Positions 1 through 53,130 of a stretch of DNA of 64,000 nucleotides are shown piece after piece. Both the position numbers and the translations under genes were made by a program. The notes under the pieces were generated by a model. The model saw only the letters and a list, made by a program, of their open reading frames with translations. It ran no database searches and had not been told where the DNA came from. The DNA is from Octopus vulgaris (lineage: Eukaryota), in the NCBI GenBank assembly GCA_951406725.2, contig OX597822.1, forward strand, positions 63,240,001 to 63,304,000, in the 5' to 3' direction. Each line of letters begins with the position of its first letter. The first letter of the stretch is position 1.

Positions 1-96
1 CAAAGACACACACAAATAGATATATAGATATGTGTGTGTGTGTGTGTGCGTGTATGTATATATATATATATATATATATATACTCATACATATATC

Positions 97-465
97 ACCT
101 TGATCACCCGCTGTCCACTTCTCTCTGGATCGCGCCTTTCTCATCCATGTGATCCCAATCGCCTTCCTGAAATCGTAACTCCACCGTCGTGAAGGCCTTC
201 CAAGTGGTCGATTCTGCTCATGTGGGTACCACTCGACAACTGTGCAGGTCCACCAATTATCAGGCGACATGTCCAGACCATTTAAACTTGCTGTGTGTAT
301 ATTCTATAATGACATCCCTCACGCCGGACTTCTCTTTGATGACCTCGCTACTGATGTGCTCTCTCAACGAGATTCCAAGCATTGACCTTTCCATTGCTCT
401 TTGAGCCGTTACCAATCTCTGCTCTTCTCTCTTTGTTGTAGCCCATGTTTCACTACCATATAACA
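97..465 (-). mobile_element. 5'-truncated RTE-clade LINE, C-terminal ORF fragment
   Basis: Translation LYGSETWATTKREEQRLVTAQRAMERSMLGISLREHIS...KFKWSGHVA matches the YGSETW...W.GHV post-RT region of RTE LINEs; flanked by (TA)n/(TG)n. Confidence 0.8.
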
Positions 466-478
466 ATGTTATATATAC

Positions 479-520
<42 letters not shown>

Positions 521-521
<1 letters not shown>

Positions 522-685
522 GGGAGAATTCACAAAAACAAAAGACGACAGGTGGTGTAGACAACAAACAGATGTATTAGTATAATGCTTGGGAAGTGAA
601 AAAGTCTTTAACGTTTTGAGCCTACGCTCTTCCACAGAAAGAAACAAGGAGAAAAAATAAAGAATGTGTAGTGGCTAGTGATACG
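521..685 (-). mobile_element. Penelope-like (pLTR-derived) short element with degenerate minimal hammerhead motif at 605-642
   Basis: Minus strand reads TCTTT-CTGTGGA-A-GAGC-GTAG-GCTC-AAAA-CG-TT-AAAGA; same family as 42065-42300; sits next to (TA)n. Confidence 0.55.
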
Positions 686-1146
686 GCAGGTTTCTTTTAG
701 GTTCCATCTGCCAAATCCACTCACAAGGCTTTTGTTAGCCTGAGGCTATAGTAGAAAACACTTGCCCCAAGGTGCCATGCAGTAGGACTGAACCCAGAAC
801 CATGTGGGAAACAAGCTTCTTACCACACAGCCACACCTCCTTTTCTCTCTCTCTCTCTCTACCTGTATATATATATATTTCTATTTACCTCCACACTGTA
901 GCCAAAGCACGTTCAATATCCACTCGGCCATGCCAAATCATCAGTGTCTAAACTGCTGTGCCCAGTCATCGCATTCCAGTCTTATTAGACAGATGCAGGT
1001 ATGGCTGTGTGATAAGAAGTTGGCATTTCAAACAGATGGTTCTTGTTCCGGTCCCATTGCATGACACCTTGGGGAATTGTCTTGTATTATTGCCCCATCC
1101 TGACCAAAGCCTTGTGACAAAAACTAAAAAAAGCCCATTGTACATA

Positions 1147-1353
1147 CGAGGGGATGCTGAAAAGTTCCTGACTCTGGGTAAAAGAAAATTCAGGAGGATC
1201 AGTTAATTATGATTTTATTCAACATATTCCCCTCTCAGATTCACACACTTATTGCAGCAGTCCTTCAGTTTTTCTAAGCCCTGTAAAAGAACTTGGAAGG
1301 TTGGGCCTCCATCCAAGCCTTTCATGACACCCTTAAAACCAGGAACTTTTCAG
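1147..1353. mobile_element. Tc1/mariner-type MITE inserted into a SINE
   Basis: TA followed by CGAGGGGATGCTGAAAAGTTCCTG; partial inverted end CCAGGAACTTTTCAG; SINE halves on both sides (~997-1140, ~1380-1585). Confidence 0.6.
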
Positions 1354-1726
1354 TGTGTGTGTGTTCATACATGCGTGCATGTGTGCATGTTTGTCCCCAG
1401 CTACCACTTGACAACCAGTGTTGGTTTGTTTGCATCCCTGTAACTTAGCAGTTCAGCAGCAAGAGACTGATAGAATGAGTATCAGACTTAGAAAAAAAAT
1501 AAGTGCTGGGGTCAATTTCTTCAACTTAATCTTTCAGAGCATTGCCCCAACATGGCTGCAGCCTGAAACATGTAAAAACAAAAGAAAAAAAGGTTACCCA
1601 ATCAGCTTCTCCCTTCACATCCTATCCCAGTGCATAAAGCTTGAGTTTTTAAGATCTAATCTAGTCTAACTACCTTAGTGCATCGTTTGTTTAACTTTCA
1701 TTTATTTTTGTTTCTTTCTTTTACAG

Positions 1727-1813
1727 TTTAAATCATTGTTTTTTGGATCATCTCAACAAAGTGAGAAAGAAAGTGCACCAGTGTTAGCCATAGATACTGA
1801 TGATGAAGATTAA
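1727..1813 (+). CDS. RAD9: Terminal coding exon of RAD9 (9-1-1 checkpoint clamp subunit); upstream exons lie outside the window
   Basis: Strong pyrimidine tract and TTACAG acceptor (CAG 1724-1726), then FKSLFFGSSQQSEKESAPVLAIDTDDED*. This aligns to the human RAD9A tail FRSLFFGS...SPVLAEDSEGEG (recalled). Confidence 0.85.
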   Translation, partial: FKSLFFGSSQQSEKESAPVLAIDTDDED

Positions 1814-1935
1814 TTTATCACTATAATTTACTCTACACCATTCCCAAAAGAAACAAACTTTTGTGAAAAGGAAGTTCATCTGTTTCTGTTTTGTTTGATG
1901 CCTAAATTATATACATATTTTTGTACGTATGTATG

Positions 1936-1983
<48 letters not shown>

Positions 1984-3477
1984 TACGAAAATGTTTTATA
2001 AAAATTAGATTACAAGCATTGTTTTTAATTCAAACTATAAATGATTCATGTGATAAAGACTGGGTTTTAAAACCATTACAAGAACAAGCAAACAAAAATC
2101 ATACAACTGGCTAAGTAGGACTGTATAAATGGAATAGTAGCAAGCAGTTTGCAAAGGACAGTTCCAAAGTACAGTTGATTCTGATGAATTTGATATTGTT
2201 TTTGAAGAATTGAAATGTAATTTATTGAAACAGATCTTTGTTATAAAAAATGTGACATAACTTCAATGTATGTGGTTAGAAAAAAAAAAACCAAATAGAT
2301 GCCAGGATATATTTTCAAGCACTGTCGCATAGAATATATTCTAACAGAACAAAATCCAGGTCAGGTTGGATTGTTATCATTTCACTTCAAAATGTCATAA
2401 AAAGAAGCCTGAATCTCATAATTCCAATTCCTCTTGCCCTAAACCTTTAAGCTTTATGCTTATTTGCAGAAATCTATGAAGATTCCCTCCAGATTACCTT
2501 TTATATCATGACATGTTATGTATTGAAAAGGATTTTGTCTTAAAAAAAAAAAGCCCTATTTATTTTTAAGATTTTTTTCAAAAATTTTACATTTATTTTC
2601 CAAGAAAAAGTTGTTTTGTTTTCATTCAGCTAGATTTTGCACTTTTTGCTGCATGTGTGGCTGTGTGGTTAAAAAGTTCACTCCTCAAGCATATGGCTAC
2701 AAGTTCAGTCCCACAGCTGGGCAAGTGTCTTCTACTATAGCCCTGGACCAACAAAAATCCTTGTGAGTGGATTTGGTTACTGGAAAGCGAAAGAAGCTCA
2801 TTGTGTGTGTGTGTGTGTGTGTGTGTCACTGAATGTATGTGTGTGTGTCTCTCCTTGTCTTGACATCACATGATAATTCTAAATGATTATCACTTGTCAT
2901 ACAAGCAGTTTCACTCATCTCCAGTATTCTGCAAAAACATTTCCAGCCATGGAAAAATATTACTTTTCTTGGAAACAGGCAAAGGCTGGCAACAGGAAGG
3001 CCATCAGGCTGTAGAAAATCTGCCTCAGTAAAAGTGAATGCCAAAATGATGATAATGATGATATTAGCTTTTGATTAAAAGTCTGGAAATGGAATATATA
3101 TATATCATTATTATCCTAGATTTTATGTAAATTTCTGAAACAGGGATTCATCAAAAGTTATATTATGATTATATAAGATGTGTTTTTTATATTGAAAAGT
3201 ATGAATTCATCATTATTATTAAAATTATTTTTTTATAAATTTTGTGTAAATTTTATTATTTCGCCTTTCTCTAAGTGGCACAGCATTGCCTGAAGATTAC
3301 TAAACAATATTCAATAACTTCTGATTTCATATTATGATATAATGTTTGTTTCCCATTCATGTGATTCCGGGTTCAGTCCCATGATGTGACACCTTGGGTA
3401 AGTATCTACTATATCCCTGGACTGTCCAAAGCTTTTTGAGAAGATTTGGTCAACAGAAACTAAAAATAGCCAGTTGT

Positions 3478-4820
3478 GTGCATAGAGGAGTTCAAGACAG
3501 ATTGCCCCTGGGAGCTCCTCTATGCTGATGACCTGGCCCTCATAGCAGAATCACTACCAGAACTAGAGAAGAAATTTCAGGTGTGGAAGCAAGGTTTAGA
3601 ATTGAAGGGCCTTAGAGTCAATGTTGCAAAGACCAAAGTACTAGTAAGTAGGAAGGTGATCAAATCACAAACCCCTTCAGGTAGATGGCCCTGCTCAATC
3701 TGTAGAAAAGGTGTAGGTAGAAACTCCATAAGATGTACCCAGTGTAAGCTATGAACACATAAGAGGTGCAGCAACATCAAAGGAAGGTTAACCGGGATGA
3801 TAGTTTTTGTATGCGGTAGATGCACAGGGGCAATAAACACCACAGATACTCAGAAAACAGATTCCATCACATGCCAGTGGGAGAAACTAGAAGTAGTTGA
3901 TAGCTTCCACTACCTAGGTGATCAAGTTTGTTGTGGGGGTGGATGCTCAGAGAGTGCTACCACTAGAATAAAAATAACCTGGACAAAGTTCAGAAAGCTT
4001 CTACCCCTACGGGTGACAAAGGACCTCTCGCTCAGAGTGAAAGGTAGATTGTATGATGCATGTATGTGAACTGTCATGCTTCACAGCAGTAAAACATGGG
4101 CTGTGACTGCTAAAGCCATGTGTAAGCTTGAAAGAAATGAAGCTAGCATGATCCACAGGATGTGTAGTGTCAGTGTGCACACACGACAGTATAAGTGTCC
4201 TGAGAGAAATGTTGGACATAAGAAGCATCAGCTGTGGCGTGCAAGAGAGACGTTTGTGTTGGTATGGTCATGTACTATAGATGGATGAGGAGAGCTGTGT
4301 GAAGAAGTGCCACTCCCAAACAGTTGAAGGAATCCAGGGTAGAGGAAGACATGGGATGAGGTGGTGAAGCATGACCTTCAAACGTTGGGCCTCACAGAGG
4401 CAATGACTAGTGACCAAGACATCTGGAGATATGCTGTGACTAAGAAGACCCAGCAAATAAAGTAACCTACACCAGTGTTGCATAAGCAGCCCATTCAAAA
4501 GTACCTTGGATCATAGGGTGACATGCTGTGCTTGAGGAGACCTATTGAGTCAAGTACATCAACATCAAAATCAATTGGAAATTGTAGTTGTGATCCCCAT
4601 GCCAGTGGCATGTAAAATGCACCATCTGAACATGACCAATGCCAGCATGGCCTTGACTGGCTTCCGTGCCAGTGGCACATAAAAAGCACCCACTCCACTC
4701 TCAGAGTGGTTGGCGTTAGGAAGGGTATCCAGCTGTAGAAAGACTGCCTGATCAGACCCCAGTCGAACCATCCAACCCCATGCCAGCACGGAAAACTGAC
4801 GTTAAACAATGATGATGATA
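3478..4820 (+). mobile_element. Decayed 5'-truncated RTE-clade LINE (end of RT domain, Cys/His finger, 3' UTR, (GAT)n tail)
   Basis: WELLYADDL RT motif; CSIC...CTQC..(stop)THKRC...CGRC finger; FHYLG and LHSSKTW motifs; stops and frameshifts; tail ...GACGTTAAACAATGATGATG. Confidence 0.9.
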
Positions 4821-4831
4821 ATATATATATA

Positions 4832-4981
4832 TTGGTCACCTAGGTAGTGGAAGCTATCAAGTACTTCTAGTTTCTTCCCCTGGCATGTGATGGAATCTGT
4901 TTTCTGAGCATCTGTGGTGTTTATTGCTCCTGTGCATCTACCGCATACAAAAACTATCATCCCGGTTAACCTTCCTTTGAT
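4832..4981 (-). repeat. Inverted copy of LINE segment 3776-3925
   Basis: Reverse complement gives GRLTGMIVFVCGRCTGAINTTDAQKTDSITCQGKKLEVLDSFHYLGDQ, near-identical to the plus-strand copy. Confidence 0.85.
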
Positions 4982-5435
4982 ATATTTTAATATTTTGTGT
5001 GACATTTGCAGTACAATCTCTCTATAGATATCAAGGTGATATAAAGAATTACTTGGATATCAGTGTGTGATATCAACTCAGCAGCCTAGATTCACTTCCC
5101 AGTTGTAGCTATTTCACTGTCTATACATCACCAATGCTCATTTTCCAAATGAGATTTATAGCTAAAATGGCATAAACTCAAAGCATTTTCTTTGCCTGGG
5201 AGGCTTCATGGGTCTAAGGCGACCCCACTACATTGCTTCACTCAGAAGCCTATAATGCTGTTAAGACAATCTTGTGTGTATTACCATATTATTTTTACCC
5301 TTCTTTAAGGTTGCAAGCTGGCAGAACTTAGTGAGCTGGACAAAATTCTTTGCAACATTTCATCCATCTTTTTGGTTGGAGTTCAAATTCTGCACAGGTC
5401 AACTTTACATTTCACTCTCATTCTTTTTTTCTTTT

Positions 5436-6000
5436 AGCCCTTTTCAAGCCTAGCCAGGCTCATGGACCCAGTTTCCCAGTTTCTATGCCATATGTGTCCC
5501 CCCCCCCCCCCAGCTGGACAGGATGCCAGTCCATCACAGCATTACTCAAGAAACAGGAAGAAAGAGTGAGAGAAAGTTGGGGCAAACAAGTACAACAGGG
5601 GTCGACACCACCCCCTGCTGGAGCCTTGTGGAGCTTTTAGGTGTTTTTGCTCAATAAACACACAACGCCAGGACTGGGAATCGAAACCACAATCCTCCGA
5701 CCGTGAGTCAGCTGCCCTAACCACTGGGCCATTGTGCCTCCACTAATAAATGTGCCCTTTTAAAGCCTAGCCAGGCTCATGGGCCCGGTTTCCTGGTTTC
5801 AATGGCATGTGTGTTCCTCAGCTGGATGGGACACCAGTCCATCACAGCATTACTCATTTTTGCCAGCTGAGTGGACTGGAACAACGTGAAATGAAGTGTT
5901 TTGCTCATGAACACAACGCATCACCCAGTCCAGGAATCGAAACCACAATGTTATGATCATGATGCTGCCACCCTAACCACTAAGCCACGTGCCTCCACGT
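5436..6000 (-). mobile_element. Two tandem tRNA-derived SINEs
   Basis: Minus-strand heads with A-box (TGGCCCAGTGG / TGGCTTAGTGG) and B-box (GGTTTCGATTCC); shared tail ...CCATGAGCCTGGCTAGGCT; relatives at 12706-12988 and 48330-48575. Confidence 0.75.
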
Positions 6001-6975
6001 TTCACTCTTCAGGGTTGATAAAATAAGTAGCAGTTAAACACTAGGATCAATGTAATCAACTAGTCCCTTCCCACAAAATTTAATGCCTTGTGCCTAGAGC
6101 AAATAGGATTATTTTTTACCCACTTTGTTGAGTCTAAAATCGCTGAAAACTCAGTCCTTCTTTAATACTCAGGTTACAAATATTTATACATCCTGATGTC
6201 CAACTAAAATAATGAATTATTAGAATATATGAACTCCCTCATAAAAATATTGTTTAAAAGTCTGTTGTGTATTTGACTAGACATTCTGCCTGCATCAGTT
6301 GTTGACTGCTATGACACTGCATCCTTTAAGGCCCTCATGCTTCCCGAAATCCGTCGAAACTACACCTGATTATATATACACTTTAGATGAGTTGTAGTGC
6401 ACCTGAGCACTGTACACAATTATTATTATTATTATTATTCATACTATATCTTGTACATGTGGTAATTAATTTTAATTTGAAATTTATTAAAACATATTCT
6501 AGGAGTATAAAGGTAGGAATAGCTATCTTTTTTTTTTGTAAAAGACTGATACTTCCTACACCAAATGTTGCTACAGTTACACACACACATATATGAATTA
6601 TGTATTAGATATATAGACCTGACTGATGATAGAGATATGTAATTGTTACCTTCCCTTTTTAGTACAGGTGATAAATTTTTATCAAATCTCTAAAAAAAAA
6701 AACCTTTGCAAACATCTGGGGTTCTTTTATATACATTTAATTAAACTTAATTTTTGTACTGCAATTTTTAAATATGCATTTGAATATTAAGCTTAAGATA
6801 TCCATTTCTTTTATACTCTCTGTTCATTACATATACTGATATTTATGTAATTGATTAAGATATATTGAGTTAGCTCTTGAAAGTATCTTTATATATGTTG
6901 TGGTGCACCTGAGCACTGTATACAATAATTTCATTATTATATATATATATATATATATATTTGTATTTATCTAAA

Positions 6976-7916
6976 AACTAGAAGTAGCTGATAGCTTCCA
7001 TTACCTAGGTGACCAAGTCAGTAGCGGAGGAGGGTGCGCTGAAAGTGTAGCTGCTAGAATAAGAATAGCTTGGGCAAAGTTCAGAGAGGTCTTACCTCTG
7101 CCGGTGACAAAGGGCCTCTCACTCAGAGTAAAAGGTAAACTGTATGATGCTTGTGTATGAACAGCCATGATACATGGCAGTGAAACATGGTCTGTGTCTG
7201 CTGAGGACATGCGCAAGCTCACAAGGAATGAAGCCAGTATGATCCGATGGATGTGTAATGTCCGATGGATGTGTAATGCCAGGAGCGTAACCAGCCCACT
7301 TATGCATGCCTTTCCTTCTTTGGACACTAAACTCTGCTTGCAAACACCTGTTGAGGCAAGTGAAATCAAAATCAAATTCGATGACTGGCATCTGTGCTAG
7401 TGGGGTGCAAAGAGCACCATACGAGTGTGATCATTGACAGAGCGGCTAACCGGCTTCCATGCCAGTGGCACATAAAAGGCACCATTCGAGTGTGATCGTT
7501 ACCAGCATCGCCTTACTGGCACTTGTGCCTGTGCTAGTAGGGTGCCAAGAGCACCATCCGAGCATGATCATTGCCAGAGTAGCCAACTGGCTTCCGTGCC
7601 GGTGGCATGTAAAAGGGGACCATTCGAGCGTGATCGTTACCAACGTCGCCTTACTGGCACCTGTGCTGGTGGCATGTGTAAAAAGATTCAAGCGAGGTCA
7701 TTGCCAGTACCGCCTGACTGGCCCCCATGCCAGTGGCACGTAAAAAGCACCCACTACACTCTCGGAGTGGTTGGCATTAGGAAAGGCATCCAGCTGTAGA
7801 TACTCTGCCAGATCAAGATTGGAGCCTGGTGCAGCCATCTGGTTCACCAGCCCTCAGTCAAAATCGTCCAACCCATGCTAGCATGGAAAGTGGATGTTAA
7901 ACGATGATGATGATGA
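6976..7916 (+). mobile_element. RTE-LINE fragment joined to an RTE-derived 3' module with an internal ~60-bp tandem array and (GAT)n tail
   Basis: LEVADSFHYLGDQ...HGSETW...RNEASMIRWMC; repeated GCCAGTGGCAC(A/G)TAAAA-GCACC units at ~7390-7750; tail GCATGGAAAGTGGATGTTAAACGATGATG. Confidence 0.8.
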
Positions 7917-7981
7917 TAAATAAGGATCTTATCAGGTAGCTAGCATGGGAATAAAAAATTCAAAGGTAATAATTATTATTA

Positions 7982-8177
7982 AAATTATAATTAAGTGTAT
8001 CTAAGAGATACTCCCATGCTAGATATAGCAGCCAAAACTTGACTCTAAAACCTAGTTTATTTTGTCTCTTTGTCTTCTCTCATGGTACTGTTTGAACATT
8101 TAATGTGATTTTAGAGTCAAGTTTTGGCTGCTATATCTAGCGTGGTGGTATCTCTTAGATACCCTTAATTATAATTT
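7982..8177. repeat. Inverted repeat, 69-bp arms (7982-8050 / 8109-8177)
   Basis: Arms match at 65 of 69 positions by eye; 58-bp spacer. Confidence 0.9.
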
Positions 8178-8639
8178 GCTCGAAACAACTGAAGAAGCGG
8201 AATATTCTTTATGTTGCATGTCTCATTTCTCTGTTTGTTTTTTTCTTTGTTTTCGTTTCTCATTGTCTTCGACATTTTTTTGATGTCCTGTATATATGCA
8301 TATATATATACATATATATGTAGGTATGTACATATATGTATATATGCATATATTTATATATTATTTATATTATTAAATGATCAACTGCCACGCATCCTTT
8401 TTTCCAAGTAAGTTACATATATATATAAAACTCTGCTGCAAGCATCTGGGCCAAGTTTCTGGTTTGAAGGTATGTTCCTCTCTCCTGCCAGTCTTGGAGG
8501 CCCTGTAAAGAGTCATAGGCACAGCATTCCTTCCTGGCTAAAAGATAAAGAAAAAATTGAAATAGTGTATCAGGAATTCAGCACCTTGACCACACCTGTT
8601 TGCCTCATCAAATGTAGATACATGAAGGAAGACTTCTTA

Positions 8640-10917
8640 TCAAATAAATAATAACTTTATTGTTAAAATAAAATCCTTTTGTTGTAAACAAGTTGGATGT
8701 AACGTGGGTTTTATTTTAATTTAAAAAAAAAAAAAAAAGAATCATTTCATGAAAAGTCATGCTTTTGGGTGGGAAATGGAAAAAGTAAGGAAAATATTTG
8801 TTTTATTTCATTGGAATTTCTTAACTGCATGCTTTTTAATTGTGATAATTGGGTTGACATGTTAGCTACATTCTAACCATTTGCAACTTTCACTTATTGA
8901 ATCAAACACTTTTGGAGAAAAGCACAGTAAGAGATCATGCTCTACATACCAATTTCAGTCTGCAAACTAATGTTTAATAGTGATTTTTATTTAATTATTT
9001 ATACCTCTTTTCATATGCATATTGTATATTATGTATGTGCATGTATACATGTATCTGTGTTCTGGTTTCAGCAGTAAATATTCTAAATTTGTAATGAAAT
9101 ACACTGAGTACAGATATGTAAGAATGTGCATGAGTGATATTTTGCCATATGTTTCACACATTTCTGAAGCACCAAAAAAAAATGTATTGAGCTGTAAACA
9201 TACATATTTGTGTGTTCCAGATGAGTTCATAAAAAAGAAAAAAAAATCTGGTAAATAAGCACATCTATATTCTAGGAAGATTTATTTGTAAAATAAACAT
9301 GTTTGTTGTGATGTTGGTTTGGTCTGGAGGAAAGGGTTTCACCAATGGCATTTATAGGCCCTCCAAGACCAGTGAGATCAACACAGAACACTGTGTATTC
9401 TACATCAATAGTTACAAGTTGACAGCTGCTGCAGGAAAAAAACATAGACAGGGTGAAACAAGTGAATGGAAAGTACCTGAGGGTAGGTGACCCAAACCAG
9501 TCAGCTCTGAGGAGCACAGGCCACTATAGTAGCAGTAGAAAAGGCAGAGAGAGGAGACAGCCAACAAGTCTGTTGGTATGTGACTTCACGCCAATCAGTC
9601 AGGTGGGGTTTGGGGATGGAGGTATTTTTTGTTTTCCGGTTGGCTGTGGTTTATGATGTCTATATGTAAAGCAGTAGCACCATCCCAGATGGGGGACCAG
9701 TACTTCATTGTAGGTCTTACCTGAGTTGATTTCTTACCTTTGTATAAATATTTTGTTAGTCCACACTATTCCATAAGGAGCAGAAAGCCAGTTTCCCAGC
9801 CCTGTGCTCCTTACAGAGTAATATTTTTTGTATAAATATTTATATAGATTTAATTTCTTTATGGATAACTGAATGCAATTTCATATCATTTGTAATATAT
9901 TTTGCAGTATATTTTAAAAATTAGAGAAATTTCAACATACTCGCCACAGAAACATGAAAATGAGAAAATAAAATTTAAATTCCTGCCAAAAAGTTACAAT
10001 TGCTATTGTAATATATTCAGATGTAGAAAAAAAAAATCAATCCACAAAAACTTTGAAATTAAAAATGAAATAATAAAAAATAGAAAAAGAAAAATTAAAT
10101 ACTATACATAATTTTATTTTGTTCTTAACAGAAATGAAACTACCAGATTGGAACATGAATAATGAAAGATGACACCCGACCAAAGGACAAAATTTGCTTT
10201 GGTATCGATGAAGCTATTTGTAAAAAAAAAAGAAGGTATTAGAACATGAGAAATAAAATTTTAAAATAAATGGGGGTATGGGGAAAAACAAAAGAAATAA
10301 AAAAAAGATAAAAGAATAAGATAAAATAAAAAGTTCCAGGTGAAAAATAAGAATAAATTAAATAATGTTTTTGTCTTTTTTTCTTGGTTGTTTGTTTTGT
10401 TGTTGTTTTTTTGTTCAGGCAAAAGCTTCAGATCACAGGCAGAGAACAAATGCATATTTTTTTCTCAAGAAGAATTTAAAACAAAGGTTCTATTGCTAAA
10501 CACTGCTCTCCAAGACTTTTACTACTTCTCGTTACACACTTGACACTACCCGAGTTAGCAAATGCAAGCAGTGAAGCTTACAAACCAATTACACATATCA
10601 CAGAGTCTGTAAATAAATTGCAGTCTTTTTTTTAATTAACCGTAACTCACAGCTGCCAGGTTATAGAAACAGTTCCAGAAATGAAACTGCCCAAGTGAAT
10701 GGCCCTGTGTTTTTGAGTCTGCTGTCCATACAAGTTAAACGATTCTCCTAGTTACAAGAACGCAACTTTGTTATTTATCAGAGGTAAATAAACATGTCTA
10801 GATTACCGTGCCATCATAGCTAAAAGAAATCCAGAATTCTCAAGCACTGAGCTTCACTTACCAAACTCAGATTTATTGAATTATTTCTTTGCTTGTCACG
10901 CATTAATTTGTTTCATA

Positions 10918-10954
<37 letters not shown>

Positions 10955-11205
10955 TTTAGCTAAGCTGCTATATGTAACATAGACAAGTTATGTAACAGTT
11001 ACCTTTATTAAGCCATTACCAAACCAAGGAGACTTATATAGTGCTTGTTAGTGATGAAGTCAGTTATCTGTAGTGATTTCCACGTAACATCACTACACCA
11101 GCAAGCTTACATTAGCAGCAGACACATCCATAAATTTGAATTTTTCCTTCTGCATAATTTTTTTTCTTGAGCTCTTTCCACTCACCACCACCCTATCGTC
11201 TTTTG
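8640..11205 (-). other. Probable long 3' UTR of PPTC7
   Basis: TE-poor stretch directly after the stop codon, U-rich on the minus strand; candidate AATAAA signals (plus-strand TTTATT), e.g. 8656-8661. True 3' end unknown. Confidence 0.4.
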
Positions 11206-52675
<41,470 letters not shown>

Positions 52676-53130
52676 AGTCAGGTCAAATTTTTTGTTCTTT
52701 TAAAAGATACACGGCTGGAAAACTACGTTCGTCAACAATTAGCGTATCCTTCGTCCGTAGCTTTATTTTGAGGATCGGTTGTAGTAATTACTGGTCGTGG
52801 ATATCATATATTTAATAGGAAAATAATTTTCAAATTCCGAATCTGGAATCCAAAATATAAATACACGTGTGAAGTTGAAATATTTTGTTTGAGGATGTGA
52901 AAGTAGTTACATAAGGAACTCGTTGACAACAGCAACTCGAAATCGTCTCATAACGGTAAGAAAAAAAAACAAAAACGCTATGAGATGTTTAAGTCACCGC
53001 TGTAGAGCGGATAAATTGAAATGTTGAAGGTGACAGTTTAAAAAGTTAACCAGCACTTGTCCACATGGTAAAAGAACAGACCTACACTGCTCCATCTTTG
53101 TCAATGACGTCACATGTCCTTCCTAATGGC
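52676..53130. promoter_or_regulatory. PPTC7 5' UTR/promoter region, possibly bidirectional
   Basis: TE-free and CpG-retaining; E-box CACGTG 52864-52869; full CRE TGACGTCA 53105-53112; plus-strand donor ACG|GTAAGA at 52955/52956. Confidence 0.55.

Noticed and set aside
7380-7760. Repeat-spacer-like pattern resembling a CRISPR array
   Set aside because: The intervening segments are homologous to each other, the array lies within a retroelement 3' module, the context is eukaryotic and there are no cas genes.
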